DNA from: Raja brachyura
Taxonomy: Eukaryota
DNA: 64,000 bases
Assembly: GCA_963514005.1 (NCBI GenBank)
Contig: OY740821.1
Span: forward strand, 13,268,001 to 13,332,000
Reading direction: 5' to 3'
In this document: piece by piece, positions 41,831 to 54,201 of the stretch
Layout of the letters: each line of letters begins with the position of its first letter
Position numbering within the stretch: the first letter of the stretch is position 1
The notes under the pieces: model-generated
Databases searched by the model: none
What the model saw: the letters and a program-made list of their open reading frames with translations, nothing else
What the model was told of the DNA's origin: nothing
Position numbers and translations under genes: made by a program

Positions 41831-42421
41831 AAACCCCTATTGCATCTGCTTCCATTACAGCCCCTGCACTGCAGCAACAGTGGTGGAAGCAGATATATAG
41901 TGGCGCATAAGAGACTTTTAGATAGGCACATGAATATACAGGGAATGGATCATGTATAGTGATTAGTTTAATTTGACATCATGTCTACACAGTCACTGTG
42001 GGCCAAAGGGCCAGTTCCTGTGTTATATGTTCTATGACCAAAATGATCCATACAACAATGGCTGAAGTCCATTGAGGTGCAGTGCAGAATTGACCTCAAC
42101 CACATTCACCACCTCTCTGTATCAAGCACCATCCATAAATAATGGTTACTTTGCCATAAACCAAAGCGTTTGTCATTCTCACAGAAAAATGTATCCCAAG
42201 CATCGTGTATCTCCAGCAGAGGAAAAAAAATCACGTGGCAGTGGCAGTGAAGAAAGCTAAAGGAATGTTGGCCTTCATAACAAGAGGATTTCAGTACGGG
42301 AGCAGATATCTATGATATGATCTTTCATAGGGAATATGGTACATAATCATTCTTTAAAAATATTGGTAAGGATATTAATGAAACCAGTTTGTAAATCAAC
42401 AATACATCTTTTGCTACATAC

Positions 42422-42614
42422 CTGTTTTCTGTATAAGCCGTAAGCTAGGATAGCGCCTGTACCAGTGATGACCCCGAGAACCATTTGCCTCCAACGTGCA
42501 TTACAGAACTGATAGTTTGCTTCTTTCTCCTGGTTAGCAGCGGTGCTCTTCCATCGTACTGAGCTGCAAACTGAGCATGCATGTGGGAGGACCGCAGTGG
42601 TTTCCAGCCACACT
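42422..42614 (-). CDS. SUOX: Sulfite oxidase coding exon 2 (rest of the mitochondrial presequence with hydrophobic segment)
   Basis: Acceptor cttcctttttag|A and donor AAACAG|gtatgt. 193 nt, phase 2 to phase 0, which fits both neighbouring exons. Encodes ...RWRQMVLGVITGTGAILAYGLYRKQ, a basic then hydrophobic stop-transfer-like segment typical of SUOX leaders. Confidence 0.9.
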
Positions 42615-45600
42615 CTAAAAAGGAAGTATTAAGTTATGCACACTTACATAGCACACATTTTAAAACAATTTTTTCATCACAATAAGCATCAGAGATAGCT
42701 TCCATGCTCTGCTGGACCCAGTCTTTGGAATGAACTGCAGGTTCCTGCCTCCAAACATATTGTCATGATCACTAGTACTCATTAACATGATGAAAATCAA
42801 GAATCCAGATCATTGAAACTTTTCAGTTTATAAGTGCAGAGAGGTTAAAATCAGTTGTCAGGTCAAGGTCAGTTCTTTACCTACATTGACGGCAAACTAT
42901 AAAGAAGTTGGTGACAATTCTTCATTCTACTACCCATCACTCCATATGTACTAACAACTTGCTGCTGAGGCTATGCTATTTCAAAATACCTCAAGACGAG
43001 CGGACCAATTAACCAAAACAGACTCATTCAAATAACTAAGATGCTGCGCTGTTACTAGAATTCCAGCATTACTGTACTTTGCCTTCTAATTATCAGTAAA
43101 CTAAATTATGCTACAGCAACTTTGAAAAATTCAGTTGCCTTGTGCAGCTCTTTTTTTTTGCTCCAGCTCCATTCATGTTGTACTAGTCTATAGTTCTAAA
43201 GACCATCAGAGATTCAACGAGCAATTATGGAAAAAAACATCTAAAGATTGCAAACTCATTTGTTATTGCAACATTTTAATCATGTGCTTGTCAGGTCTTG
43301 TACTGACAGTGAACTGTATTCTGTTGGTCTATTTGTAACACTGCAATAACCCACACACTAAAGATACTCAGGTTTAAGTTGTCATTCCAAATACATGTTA
43401 CTATTTAAATAGTCCCAAACAATCAAATACTGCTGGGAAAACTTCAAAGGACAGTGCTATGACAAGTTTTGGGGTGAGGTGGTAATGATAGAGATCTTTT
43501 GATAATATTTTCAAAATGTACTTAGATATTGCAAACTGGATCAGTCGCCTCTGTGGGTGGTGCTGGGCAATTTAGCTGCTGCAGTTCTTGAGACGGTGGT
43601 GCTAGGAATAAAACATGCAAAACTAAGCTAGCCGGAAAGCCAGATTGATTTGTAACCAGAACCTTGCACATTCACAATTGTCGTGACATTGGCAGAACTT
43701 TTCTCTTGTTCTCTGCAGTCTTTGACCTGGTCAGCTCTCCATTCTCCTTCCAATACTCTTCACCATCAACCTACTCAATATCACTGTTCTTGGTTTCAAT
43801 TTAAACTATCTGAGCACAAGTTTTCCAATCACAGCTTCTTACCCCACTCTCTGGTCCCATTCTTACTTTTCCTATTCTTGGTCATCTACTTGCTCGATAT
43901 AACATTCAGATAGGAAAAAATAAATAAACTTTCAATATTCCTTGCATTATTTCATGTTCTTTCGTGAGGAGGCGTGAGGCCATTTCAGTCAAATATGTTG
44001 TTGTGGAATGGTGTTACACAGATCAAACAGGCAAGGAAAATGGTGCTCTTTTCTCCCCAAAGAAAGGACGTTGACAAAGTCTTCGTTTTTTTCCAGTTGA
44101 ATAGTTATATGGTTAGTTTTATCTATACAACTAATCCCTCCCCCACACCAAAAATCAAATTTAAACCAACTGAAACAGTAGGATTTCAACTGACAGTCTA
44201 GATTAATTGTCTAGGTCTCATACCATAACATTCTAGGTGTGTGTGTATCCTTGGAATACTGTGATCACACTGTCTCACCTATTCAGAATTCTGGACTTAA
44301 AATGCTATTAAATCAAGACCATTTCTGCAAGATGACAAAAGAGATTGCAGAAGATGGGAACTGGAACAAGAACGTTGGAAGAACATAGTGGGTCAAGCAG
44401 CATCCGTGGAGGCAAGTGGTCCAAATCTATGTTTTGGTTCAAGACCCAGCATCATATCCTGATGCAGGGTCTCAACCAGAAACATTATCTTGCACCTCTT
44501 GCTGCTTTCCAAGTGCCCTCCTCTACACCCAAATCCAACACGCAACAAACAAGCAAGATCTTCATGAAAAAGCGAGGCAATTCAACCAATTGTAAAATAT
44601 TACATATACAAATATTCAGCAAAATAATTCACACATAAAAGATCACCCGTGAAGATTGAAAACATTACTCATTCCTCCATAAGCAACCTATAAATGAAGC
44701 AGAAATCCCAAATCTTGATCTCTAACCAGGTTTCACTCGGTGTACATAGCAATTACCCAATTACACACATCCCGATTTAGAATAAGCATGCAGAACAGAA
44801 AGGAACTTTTACAAGTGAAAAGCAAACTTTAGGGACCATCTTATAAAAGCACTAGAAATTAATTGGTTTTCAATAGCATGCACACAAATGAACTGAACAT
44901 TTTTTCTACCCATAGCTGAAGCACAATGTGGAAATGCAAAAGCCAATTACACCAACCAGTTATTTTGCGCTACCTAGCTTCATGAATGAAATACCTTGTA
45001 CATCTATAAGTTCAGTTGACTCTTCCGTGTACAGAAGGGCATAAGAATGGTTTAAAAGCCAACAAGATTAAACATTTCCCACCAAATAGAATTGCTTCCT
45101 ACCACTAAAACGTAATCATAACAATGTTAATAGCTTTGGTAGGCTGAATGGATAGAGTGCTTTTGATTTGTGTCTGAACAGAACATTTCCAAATACAACA
45201 TTAAAAAATACATCCCACAAAAGAGAGGCTTCATACAGACATTTTTTTTAAATGGCACTACTTGCTGACAATATTTAACTGACAAAAAAATAATTTGCAG
45301 CAAGCAGCAAAAGCAAGTTAAATGCTGCAATATGCCTTATAACTATCTCGTTCACAGAGCACATGCAAATCTACAGAACCATATAATCTATTACGGTGCA
45401 ATCTTATTTCACATCAGCTTTATTATTCTTTTACCTTTTTTTGATCCAGCTGAACAAAAGGAAATAATATTCAAGATTAGAAAACAAGCAGCAATAACTA
45501 CATTACCAATTTCATTTTGGGAATCAGGCCAAGTGTTTACAAATTATTAAATTTTCCAGTTAAATCATAAACTTGCCATTAAACGCCATTTGAAGAGCAA

Positions 45601-46065
45601 CTCAAATTGACATCTCCCCATTAACTAGACTATCTTGAAGTAATCTGTTCACACTTGTTACTTATACAGCATATGTGTGTGGTGGTTAGCTGAATCCTTG
45701 TTATTATAACATCAAATATTGTGCAAGGTTTACAGCAGAAGTAATATGTATTGAAAATGACCTACAAAGATCAAGAGCAAACAGTCATATTTTGAGGGGC
45801 AAGGTATCCACAATCGTAAGGAACTGCCTAAGAAGGTGATGTTCAGTTGAAGCGCTGGCACATCCATTATTACAGCACTCCACGAGAACCCACTTTCATC
45901 TGGGGCAGGACTTGAATCCACAACCCCTAACCCAGAGTTGCTCCCAACTTAGTCAAGGCTGACATTAGTTTCTCACTTACACTTGGGAAAAAGGGCCTCA
46001 TTAACTGGCTGTTTCAGATCTACAAAATAAATTAGAGTTGTTCTCCTCAACAAGATAAACATTAC

Positions 46066-46124
46066 CTGCTTTGTATCTGCCAGATGCCCAGAGCAGACCG
46101 CGTACACTTAAGGAACGACATCAT
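46066..46124 (-). CDS. SUOX: Sulfite oxidase coding exon 1 (start codon; exon begins at 46129)
   Basis: Acceptor tctgtctctag|GTACTATGATG and donor AGCAG|gtaat. Encodes MMSFLKCTRSALGIWQIQS(R), which has no acidic residues and resembles a presequence. Phase 2 matches the next exon. The joined CDS is 59+193+1443=1695 nt, or 564 aa plus stop. Confidence 0.8.
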
Positions 46125-46970
46125 AGTACCTAGAGACAGAATAACATTTCAATTTTAATCAGCTGATTATATTTTAATCTATTGTATTTTAACTACCTAC
46201 TTCAATAGGGGGTTGCAATCAGAAAACCAATGGAATAGAACTTGATCGGCCAGTTTGTTAATTCTTGGAGTTTAAAATGCATTAGAGGAACAACTTCAGG
46301 CTGGAAGTCAATATATTGAATATATTTACAGTTCTCAAACAGTAACTTGTATCAGTGCTTCAAACATGAAACATTTGTAACAAATGGAGAATAGTTAATG
46401 CATGCGAGTAGTCAGAGGAAACAGATATGGAAACAACGTGTTTGCTGTCCCTTTCGCCAGCAGAGTGCATTGCTCACTAACAACAATAGCTCATGTTAAA
46501 TCGAACTGTCACCAGTAGAGCTAATAGGACTTGATGTTTCAATCCCTGTAATAAGTCGGCACTCTTGCTATTTGCAGTGGGATTGGAGGCAGAGAGTACT
46601 AAGTCACACACAAAACAGCATTTGGACTGTCAGTTAAAAAGTTACCCAACTCAAAAACCATCGCAGCAGACTACTGAGGTAATGCTCTATTTAAAACAAT
46701 TTGATTTGCATATTATGCCCTGTTAAACAACTACGCAAAATATTTAAACCCATACATGATTAACAAGTGGCATGAGGTAAATGGGTAAGACTTCCAAGTT
46801 AGTACACTGGAACAAAGCAAAAGTATAGAGTTTCCTAAAGTGTAAAATATCCCAAATAAAATGTGATTCTCACTTGACTCTCAAATATAAAGCTTCAATA
46901 AAACAGAGTTTTTTTACATGCTCAAATTCACAAAGGATCATCTTTTCAAAACATCAATAAAAATGGAAAG

Positions 46971-47083
46971 TACACAAAAGGCTGGAGAAACTCAGCGGGT
47001 GCAGCAGCATCTAAGGAGCGAAGGAGATAGGCGACGTTTCGGGTCGAGACCCTTCTCCAGCATCTGCAGTTCCTTCTTTAACA
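46971..47083. mobile_element. Penelope-derived element with an internal inversion, in SUOX intron 1
   Basis: Family sequence in minus then plus orientation. 15-bp TSD aataaaaatggaaag at 46956-46970 and 47084-47098. Confidence 0.8.
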
Positions 47084-48709
47084 AATAAAAATGGAAAGCT
47101 GTCTATTTCTCGTGGCAAGTAGACACATTTACCACAGTAGATTTATTTCCACCAGTGAAATGTTGTAGACCCACAAAAACTTGCATTTGTGTAATACTTG
47201 CCGCAAAGGTTAGGCCAGACATACCCTGGTCAAAAACAAAGTCAACGTTGGAGTCCAAAGTCAAAGTACAAAATCCTGTGGTCAGAGGGGGAGGAGGTTG
47301 ACTCACTGGAGTCAGCAGTTTCAAGGTCAGTTATGGAACAAGAGCATCCTTCTGAAAGTATCTGGTGCCCGAGCAACAATGGAGGCTCCTTTTACCCAGT
47401 GAAAAATGGAGAATCAGCCACGAGGCGCAGAGATCGGCAATTGCAGTATTAATAGTGAAAACTAGCATATCCAAAACATGTAAGATTCTTAACGGGCTTG
47501 ACAAAGTAGACTCGAGGATAATTATTTCCCTGGCTGATGCATCTAGAACCAGGAATCAGGAGTCAAAAAAACCAGGAGATGTTTCGATAGATGGAATCAA
47601 AGGATGTGGCGTTAGTGCAGGAAAGTGGCACCGAGGTCAAAGATCAGCCACAATTGTTCTGAACAACTGAATAGTGGTGGGTATCTTGAACAAGTTGCCA
47701 GAGGAAGTGCTAGAGATGGGGACATTACAAAGTTTAAAAGACATTTGGACAGGTACACAATAGAAAAGTTTAGGGGGATATGGTCCAAACACAGGCAAAT
47801 GGGACTAGCTCAGATAGGCTCCTTGGTAGGCATGGGCAAGTTGGGCCAAAGGGTCCGTTTCCACACTGTATGACTCTATGAAAACAGGTATATGGGGCTG
47901 AATGATCTATTCCTGTTTATATTCCTTATGCTGCCTTCTCGGCTTTATTGTGCTGGAATACAATAATAAAACCTTGCAGATCAACCCTGAAGATGTTCAA
48001 TACAGTTTGCATTAAAACTGGTTGCAATAGAATGGCAGAGCAGCCATAGCAACCAAGACAAGTGGCCATGGATCATGGTAACCCAGATTAAAAAAGGCTC
48101 CAGAAAAATACACAGTTGTAAACATGGTACAAAAAAGTTGAATCAAAACAAGCAAAGTAGGCAGTTTGCTCTATAAAGATGGCTATCAATTTTCAGTTTG
48201 GGCCAAAACATACCCACCATGTGCCAATGATCGAGATTTTTGAGGAAAGAGTAGGAATTGGAGTTTTCCACTCAACAAAAATCACAGTTGATCTTAATTG
48301 CCATTACATTTATGCAACTCGGTTCTGTAATAATGCCCTTGCCTCAGAGAAATACGTGGCAGGAGAAGAATTAAATTAGAAATTTTCAGCTGACCCCATG
48401 TTTTGTTTAAAGTGGGGGTGGGAAAGTATTAGATTTGTACTGGCCTTTAAGTGGTGATATCCCTACTGAAGGATGTTGGTCTACTCAGAAGGTTACACTA
48501 TCTTGTTCCTGATTATTCCACTGCAATTAAACAATAATCTTTATTAACCCTTATAGTTTACTGAAATGCAGAGATTAGATTAGACCTCAAATGTTCTGCA
48601 GTCATAAAAGTAATACAAGTTTTGTCTACAGAACTTCACCTTTAATTTGAACCTTTTAACTCTGATATGTAAGTGATGTTGGCATTGCTGCCAAATATGA
48701 CATTTATTG

Positions 48710-48815
48710 GGTACACAAAATGCTGGAGAAACTCAGCGGGTGCAGCAGCATCTATGGAGCGAAGGAGATAGGCAAAGTTTCGGGCCGAAACCCTTCTTCA
48801 GACTGAACCTTTTAT
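48710..48815 (-). mobile_element. Penelope-derived terminal-repeat fragment in SUOX intron 1
   Basis: Family sequence with a 12-bp TSD tgacatttattg at 48698-48709 and 48816-48827. Confidence 0.8.
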
Positions 48816-49995
48816 TGACATTTATTGCCCATCCCAAAATATATTTTAAAGGTGTTGGTGACCTGCCCTTTGAACCAGCGAAGTTCTTTTGGTGAAGGTA
48901 CTGCTGCAGCATTGTTAGGTAGTGACTTCCAGATTTCAACCCAAATGAAGGAATGGCAATGTTTTCAAGTCAAGATGCTGTGAGTTGGTCAATCTGTGCT
49001 ACATAACCTCCAAGTCTGACACATCCTTCCCAGAGGCTCAGAAGTGAGCAGAGTAGCTTAAACAGTCAAATCCTATTCATATCCAACTTTACAAAAAGCA
49101 CAATCTGTCTAATTACTGTCCAAATTAGTCTCTCCTCAGCCATCAGCAGAGTGATGGGAGGAGTCGTTAACTATTGAGAGGCAGATATTCACCAATAACT
49201 AGTTCTCCAATGCCCAATTTGACTTTCCTCCCAAGAAACACTTGGTTCTAGACATCATCTCTGCTTTGATCCAAACATGGACCAAAGAGCTGAGTTCCAG
49301 AGATGAGAGTGATTGCACTTGACATCAAGGAACCCTTGTAAAAGTGTAATCAATGGACACCAAGAGGAAAACACTCTACTGGGTGGAGCCATGCCTTATT
49401 CAAAGTAAAATGGTTGTGATTATTGGACGTCAATCTTCCTAACTGCACGACATTATCTCAAATTCTTCATGTCAGTGTCCTAGGGCAAACCACCTTCGAC
49501 TGCTTCCTTCCACAAGATTGGAAGTGGGGATGTTTGTTTAATTCTCACTTAATTCTATGTCAGCAGCAAACTCAAATGTTCCACTTGCTCTCCTCCAGCA
49601 TCCCTTTGAGGTACATTGTGTATAGTTGGGGCCTCAAGCATCAATCCCCTCTATTCACAACTTGAGAAAGAACCATTTAATCCGACCTTTGCTATTTCCT
49701 TATGTACTCTTTATTTTGTGTCTTAGTTAACTCTCAAATGTCATGCTAGTTTATAACTTCCAATTCCATGTGTTCTAATCCCATTGGCCAACATCCTTCT
49801 TATCAAAAGCCTTCTTTATAAATCTAAATACCCCACATTCAATGGCTCCCTCTCATCTATTCTACTGGATACATCTCAAAGATCACACAAAAGGAACCAG
49901 ATACACAGACGAAGGCTCATCCATTTACCTTCTTCACCTTGCTTTAGGTCTTGATTAAAATAACTTAAAAAGAACAACCTTTTTTTTTATAAATA

Positions 49996-50174
49996 TGTAG
50001 CAAGGAACTGCAGATGCTGGTTTAAACTGAAGGTAGTCACAAAGTGCTGGAGTAACTCAGCGGGACAGGCAGCATCTCTGGAGAGAAGGAATGGGTGAAG
50101 TTTCGAGACCGAAGAAGACTCCAGAGATGTTGCCTGTCCAGCTGAGTTACTCCAGCATGTTGTGTCTATCTTCT
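49996..50174. mobile_element. Penelope-derived inverted-repeat element with the centre deleted
   Basis: Inverted arms (gctggagtaactcagc...ctctggag and ctccagag...gttactccagc), flanked by similar T-run/taaata sequences. Confidence 0.75.
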
Positions 50175-50778
50175 GTTTTTTTTTTAAATACAGGCAGAAG
50201 ATTGAAAAAAAATTGCCCGAGAAGGGGAACTATTTTAGATTTCTATTGCACCATCACATTTATATGATTGTCTTTTAATTTGTGAGAAACACTGGAGTGC
50301 AGAAAAGCAACCAGTGAATTCCAAAGATTCACCGTACTTTGTGTATAGACATCTCGTAATTCAGCCCAGGTCAATATCTATTCGTAAAATAACAAATAAC
50401 ACAGAAAAATGATTAGCTGGCCATCATTTCTGACAGCGTTTGTGGGAACTTGCTCTGAAGGCGAATCCAACAGTGATTACACTCTACAACTCCGAAATGC
50501 TTTGAGACCCCTTGCGTTATAGAAACTATTCTCTGCCCGCTTCCGCTACCTGTCAAGTGAATGTGTGCCTTTTTGGAGGTGGGATAAGGGAATAGAAAGT
50601 GTGGAGGATTCAAGCAATATTTTCTTTCACCTTCCAATACCAATTAAGACGAAAAAAAACTTTTCTCCCCCAGATATTATCCACATTTTCTCAACCCTCG
50701 GGAAGGCATCTGACCACAGGATTAACCGTGTAACTGAAAGGTTCGAATCGGTGATTGTTGAGAAGATATCCCTCAAAT

Positions 50779-50806
50779 AGTGTGTGTGTGTGTGTGTGTG
50801 TGTGTG
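50779..50806. repeat. (TG)n microsatellite at the edge of the SUOX CpG island
   Basis: About 13 TG units, read directly. Confidence 0.9.
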
Positions 50807-51260
50807 GAGGACCGACTGGGCAGCGGCCCTTGGTCTTAACCCCATAGGTCTCACATTTTAACCTCAAGAGGTTCGGTTTATGGTGCCGATACAATAATGA
50901 CCACGTCGCCGTTTTAAACCGGGCGTTAGTTACTCCGCTGCCCTCGGTCTCCGTCCACTCAAAGCCATTAAATGACATTCCACTCACATTTAGTCAAAAA
51001 CGCCGACAGAAATTCTCCTCCAAATCTTCGCCGGCTGGAAAATTCTTTCTCTTCGCCTCACGCCGCCGCTCGCGTTCCCATCACCAGCTCACTCGAGCGC
51101 TCTGCGCAAGCGTGGCCTCCGAGCCGTTCCCGCGGGTGACGAGCTCTTATGGCGGCGACGGCGACCGCGAGCAGCGTCTTCCATCGCGCCGAGCCTCAGG
51201 GCACTGAACTTGACAGGGTCCCGCGGTGAGATGGCGGATGCGGGCTTTATATTTGTGACT
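50800..51260. promoter_or_regulatory. CpG island, probable SUOX promoter and non-coding first exon
   Basis: Sharp CpG/GC enrichment about 5 kb upstream of the SUOX start exon. Contains NRF1-like tgcgcaagcg and two YY1-like ATGGCGG motifs. Candidate minus-strand donors are CTCGA|gtgagc (~51092) and GCGGC|gtgagg (~51061). Confidence 0.7.
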
Positions 51261-51502
51261 GAGGTAACACAATAAATGGCAGCAGCAGTCCATTCGTCCC
51301 TGGGGGCTGCTCTCCAGTCAGCCAGATCATGACTGATCCACACTGTCCAAACACTATCTATCAAAACATACATTACTCATCAGGTCAGGCAGCGGGTGTA
51401 GTGAGAGAAACAAAGTGAATGTTTTGGGTCTGAGACCCCTTTGTCAGCCCTGTTCCAATGAAGGGCCCCGGACCCGAATCGTTAACTTCCTCTCTCCACA
51501 GA

Positions 51503-51695
51503 TATAGAAACATAGAAAAATAGGTGCAGGAGTAGAGGCCATTCGGCCCTTCGAGCCTGCACTGCCATTCAATATGATCATGGCTGATCATCCAACTCAG
51601 TATCCTGTACCTGCCTTCTCTCCATACCCCCTGATCCCTTTAGCCACATCTAACTCCCTCTTAAATAAAGCCGATGAACTGGCCTCAACTACCTC
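51503..51695 (-). mobile_element. CR1 LINE extreme 3' fragment nested in a Penelope-derived repeat (51380-51745)
   Basis: Near-identical to 2310-2500 (atagaaacatagaaaaataggtgcaggagtag...). The flanks resemble the Penelope-derived inverted arms. Confidence 0.8.
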
Positions 51696-52374
51696 AATAT
51701 GGCCTGCTGACCTGCTGAGTGTTCCCAGCATTTTCTGTTTTTTTTAATTAATTTCAGGCATCGAGCAACTGCAATTTTGTTTTGCCCCATCCCTGTATTC
51801 CTTAATCCTCATATTCTTTTAATTCTCATATTGTCCAAATGTCTATCAGCCTCAGCATCAATGACTCTGCAATAGACATTTCCAAAGATTTACAACTCAA
51901 ACTATAATATTAAAGCCTAAGATAAATTCAATGAGGCACAATTTCTTATGTCTGCAGCATTAAAGAAACACTGGTTTTCAGTTGTGTTTTTTTGACAAGC
52001 AGCTTGTTTTGGAATGTTCACATCCTTGGTGGTTTGTTTAAGAATTCAAAACAAGGAAGAATTAAATTTACCCTCAGTAAAGTTTACTTTGACAGCGAGA
52101 AGGTCTTTGACAGTTGTTCTGCGTATGGATGGCTCCATTGGAGCGTTACAATTTCCACGTTCCTAGCCTTCTCGAGTGACGTGTCCTGGGCTCGGCCTAG
52201 CACATACATGTATGTAATCACAAAGTAGGCATGGCATGCCTCTACTTTTTTCAAGTTTAAAGAGATTCGGCATGTGAGCAAATGCTCTGACAAATCTCCA
52301 CACATGCAATGTAGAAATTATCCTGACCGGTTGTCTCATGACCTGATACAATTATTGCAACGCACAAGAATGTA

Positions 52375-53270
52375 AAAGGCCACAGAGTCAACCTGGTCCA
52401 TCACAGGCACAACCCTCCCCACCATTCAAGAATCTACATGAGGTGCTGCCTCAAGGAGGCTGGCTATCTTCAGGGATCCCCACCATCCATGCCCTCTTCT
52501 CGCTGCTACTATCAGGAGATACACAAGCCTGAAGTTGCACACCACCAGGTTCAGGAATAGCTACTTTCCTACAACCATCAAGTTCTTGAATCAACCTGCA
52601 CAACCCTAATCCCACCTCGGTGGATTACTACAGACAGCCTCTTGCACTACCATTGAGTATTTTGTACTCATATCTTGTTTTTATGCATAATCCTTTTCTT
52701 TTTCATAGTCCCCAGCAACTCTCGCCAACTTTTATAGATGCGCCATAGAATTTATTATATCAGGATACATCACAGCATGGGAACAGCTCCACCCAAGACG
52801 GCAAGTAATTGCAGAGAATTGTGGACACAGTTCAGACAGTCTCACAAACCAACCTCCCTTCCATTGTCTCCATCTACAATTAATGCTGCCTCAGCAAGGG
52901 CACCAGCATAATCAAGGACCAGTCTCAATCCAGTCACATCCTCTTCTCCCCTCTCCCATCAGGCAAGTGGTACAGACGTTTGAAAACACATACTTCCAGA
53001 TTCAGGAACAAACAGTTCCTTCCCACCTGTTGTCAGGCAACTGAAACATCCTTATCAATGACTAGAGATTGGCTTCGAGCTACTATGTACCTCATTGGGG
53101 ACCATCGGACTATCTTTAATCGGAATTTACCTTGCACCAAATGTTATTCCCTTCGTCATGTATCTGTACACTGTGTAATCATTTATAGTCATTCAAATGA
53201 CTGGTTAGCACGCAACAAAAAGCTTTTCACTGTAACTTGGTACATGTACAATAAACCAAATTAAACTAAA
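52375..53270 (+). mobile_element. Two decayed Rex1/Babar 3' fragments (52375-52620 and 52740-53270)
   Basis: Motifs equivalent to IIKDPTHP..LF.PLPSG.RY..T.RF.NSF.P, then aataaa and a simple tail. Confidence 0.65.
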
Positions 53271-54047
53271 GCTGATTAATATTCCCAATCATTAACTTTT
53301 TGTGTATTAGTTTAGTCAACCACAAATGGGCAAATGCCAGGGATTTCAGTTCAGGTTTCAAGCAATCGCTACTTAATAAAATACAGAATTTTCAGTTCAT
53401 TTTCTCTTTTCCAACTCTGCCTGTGGTTCTCGATTTATGTTGCAATATTGTTGTATAGTCACTGGTCAGCTTCAGTACCCCACCTGTCCAAATTACGCCA
53501 ATCTTACTTTCAAGCAGCAACATACTTCCTACAAATATTATCAGTTCACAGAGGATCACAGAGTCATACAGCGTGGAAACAGCCCTTTGGCCCAATTATC
53601 CATGCAGACCTTATCCATCTACCAGTTCAGAAGCACTGAGATTTATGTCCAAGTACCACCCCAACTGAAATCAGTCGATCTACCAGAAACAGACTGTCTA
53701 CCCTAACTATGCCTCTCATAATTTTATTTACTTCTATCAAGTCTCCTTTCAGCCTCCAGCGTTCCAGAGAATATAATTACATTTATCCAACCACTCCTTG
53801 TAGCAGAAATCCTCTAATTCTGGGAAAACGTCATCTGCACCCTCTCTAAAGCCTCAGCATCCTTCCTGTAATGGAGCGATCAGAACTGCACACAAACCTA
53901 AGTTCCAGAATTTCAACACATAATCCACAGTGACACTTCCTTGCATCGTCGACAAAATGCCACGCTGTTGTGATGGGCCAAATGTTTATTTACCTGTTCA
54001 GCTGAAAGTGAAGGATCTTGCATTGTATCATTTGGAATAGAACAGAG

Positions 54048-54201
54048 GGGTGGGAGATTGCAACCTTCACGTGGTCCGCCCTGTTTCAACTAATGCAGTC
54101 AACGTGGCGTGCACAATCAAATAAGATCAAATAGAACAAGTTGTCCTACAACTTTAGGCTGTGTACACCATAAGCAAGAAGAAGAAGAAGAAGAAGAAGA
54201 G
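54048..54201 (+). mobile_element. Short non-LTR retroposon insertion with (AAG)n tail
   Basis: 10-bp TSD tagaacagag at 54038-54047 and 54202-54211. Tail of about 8 AAG units. Confidence 0.7.
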
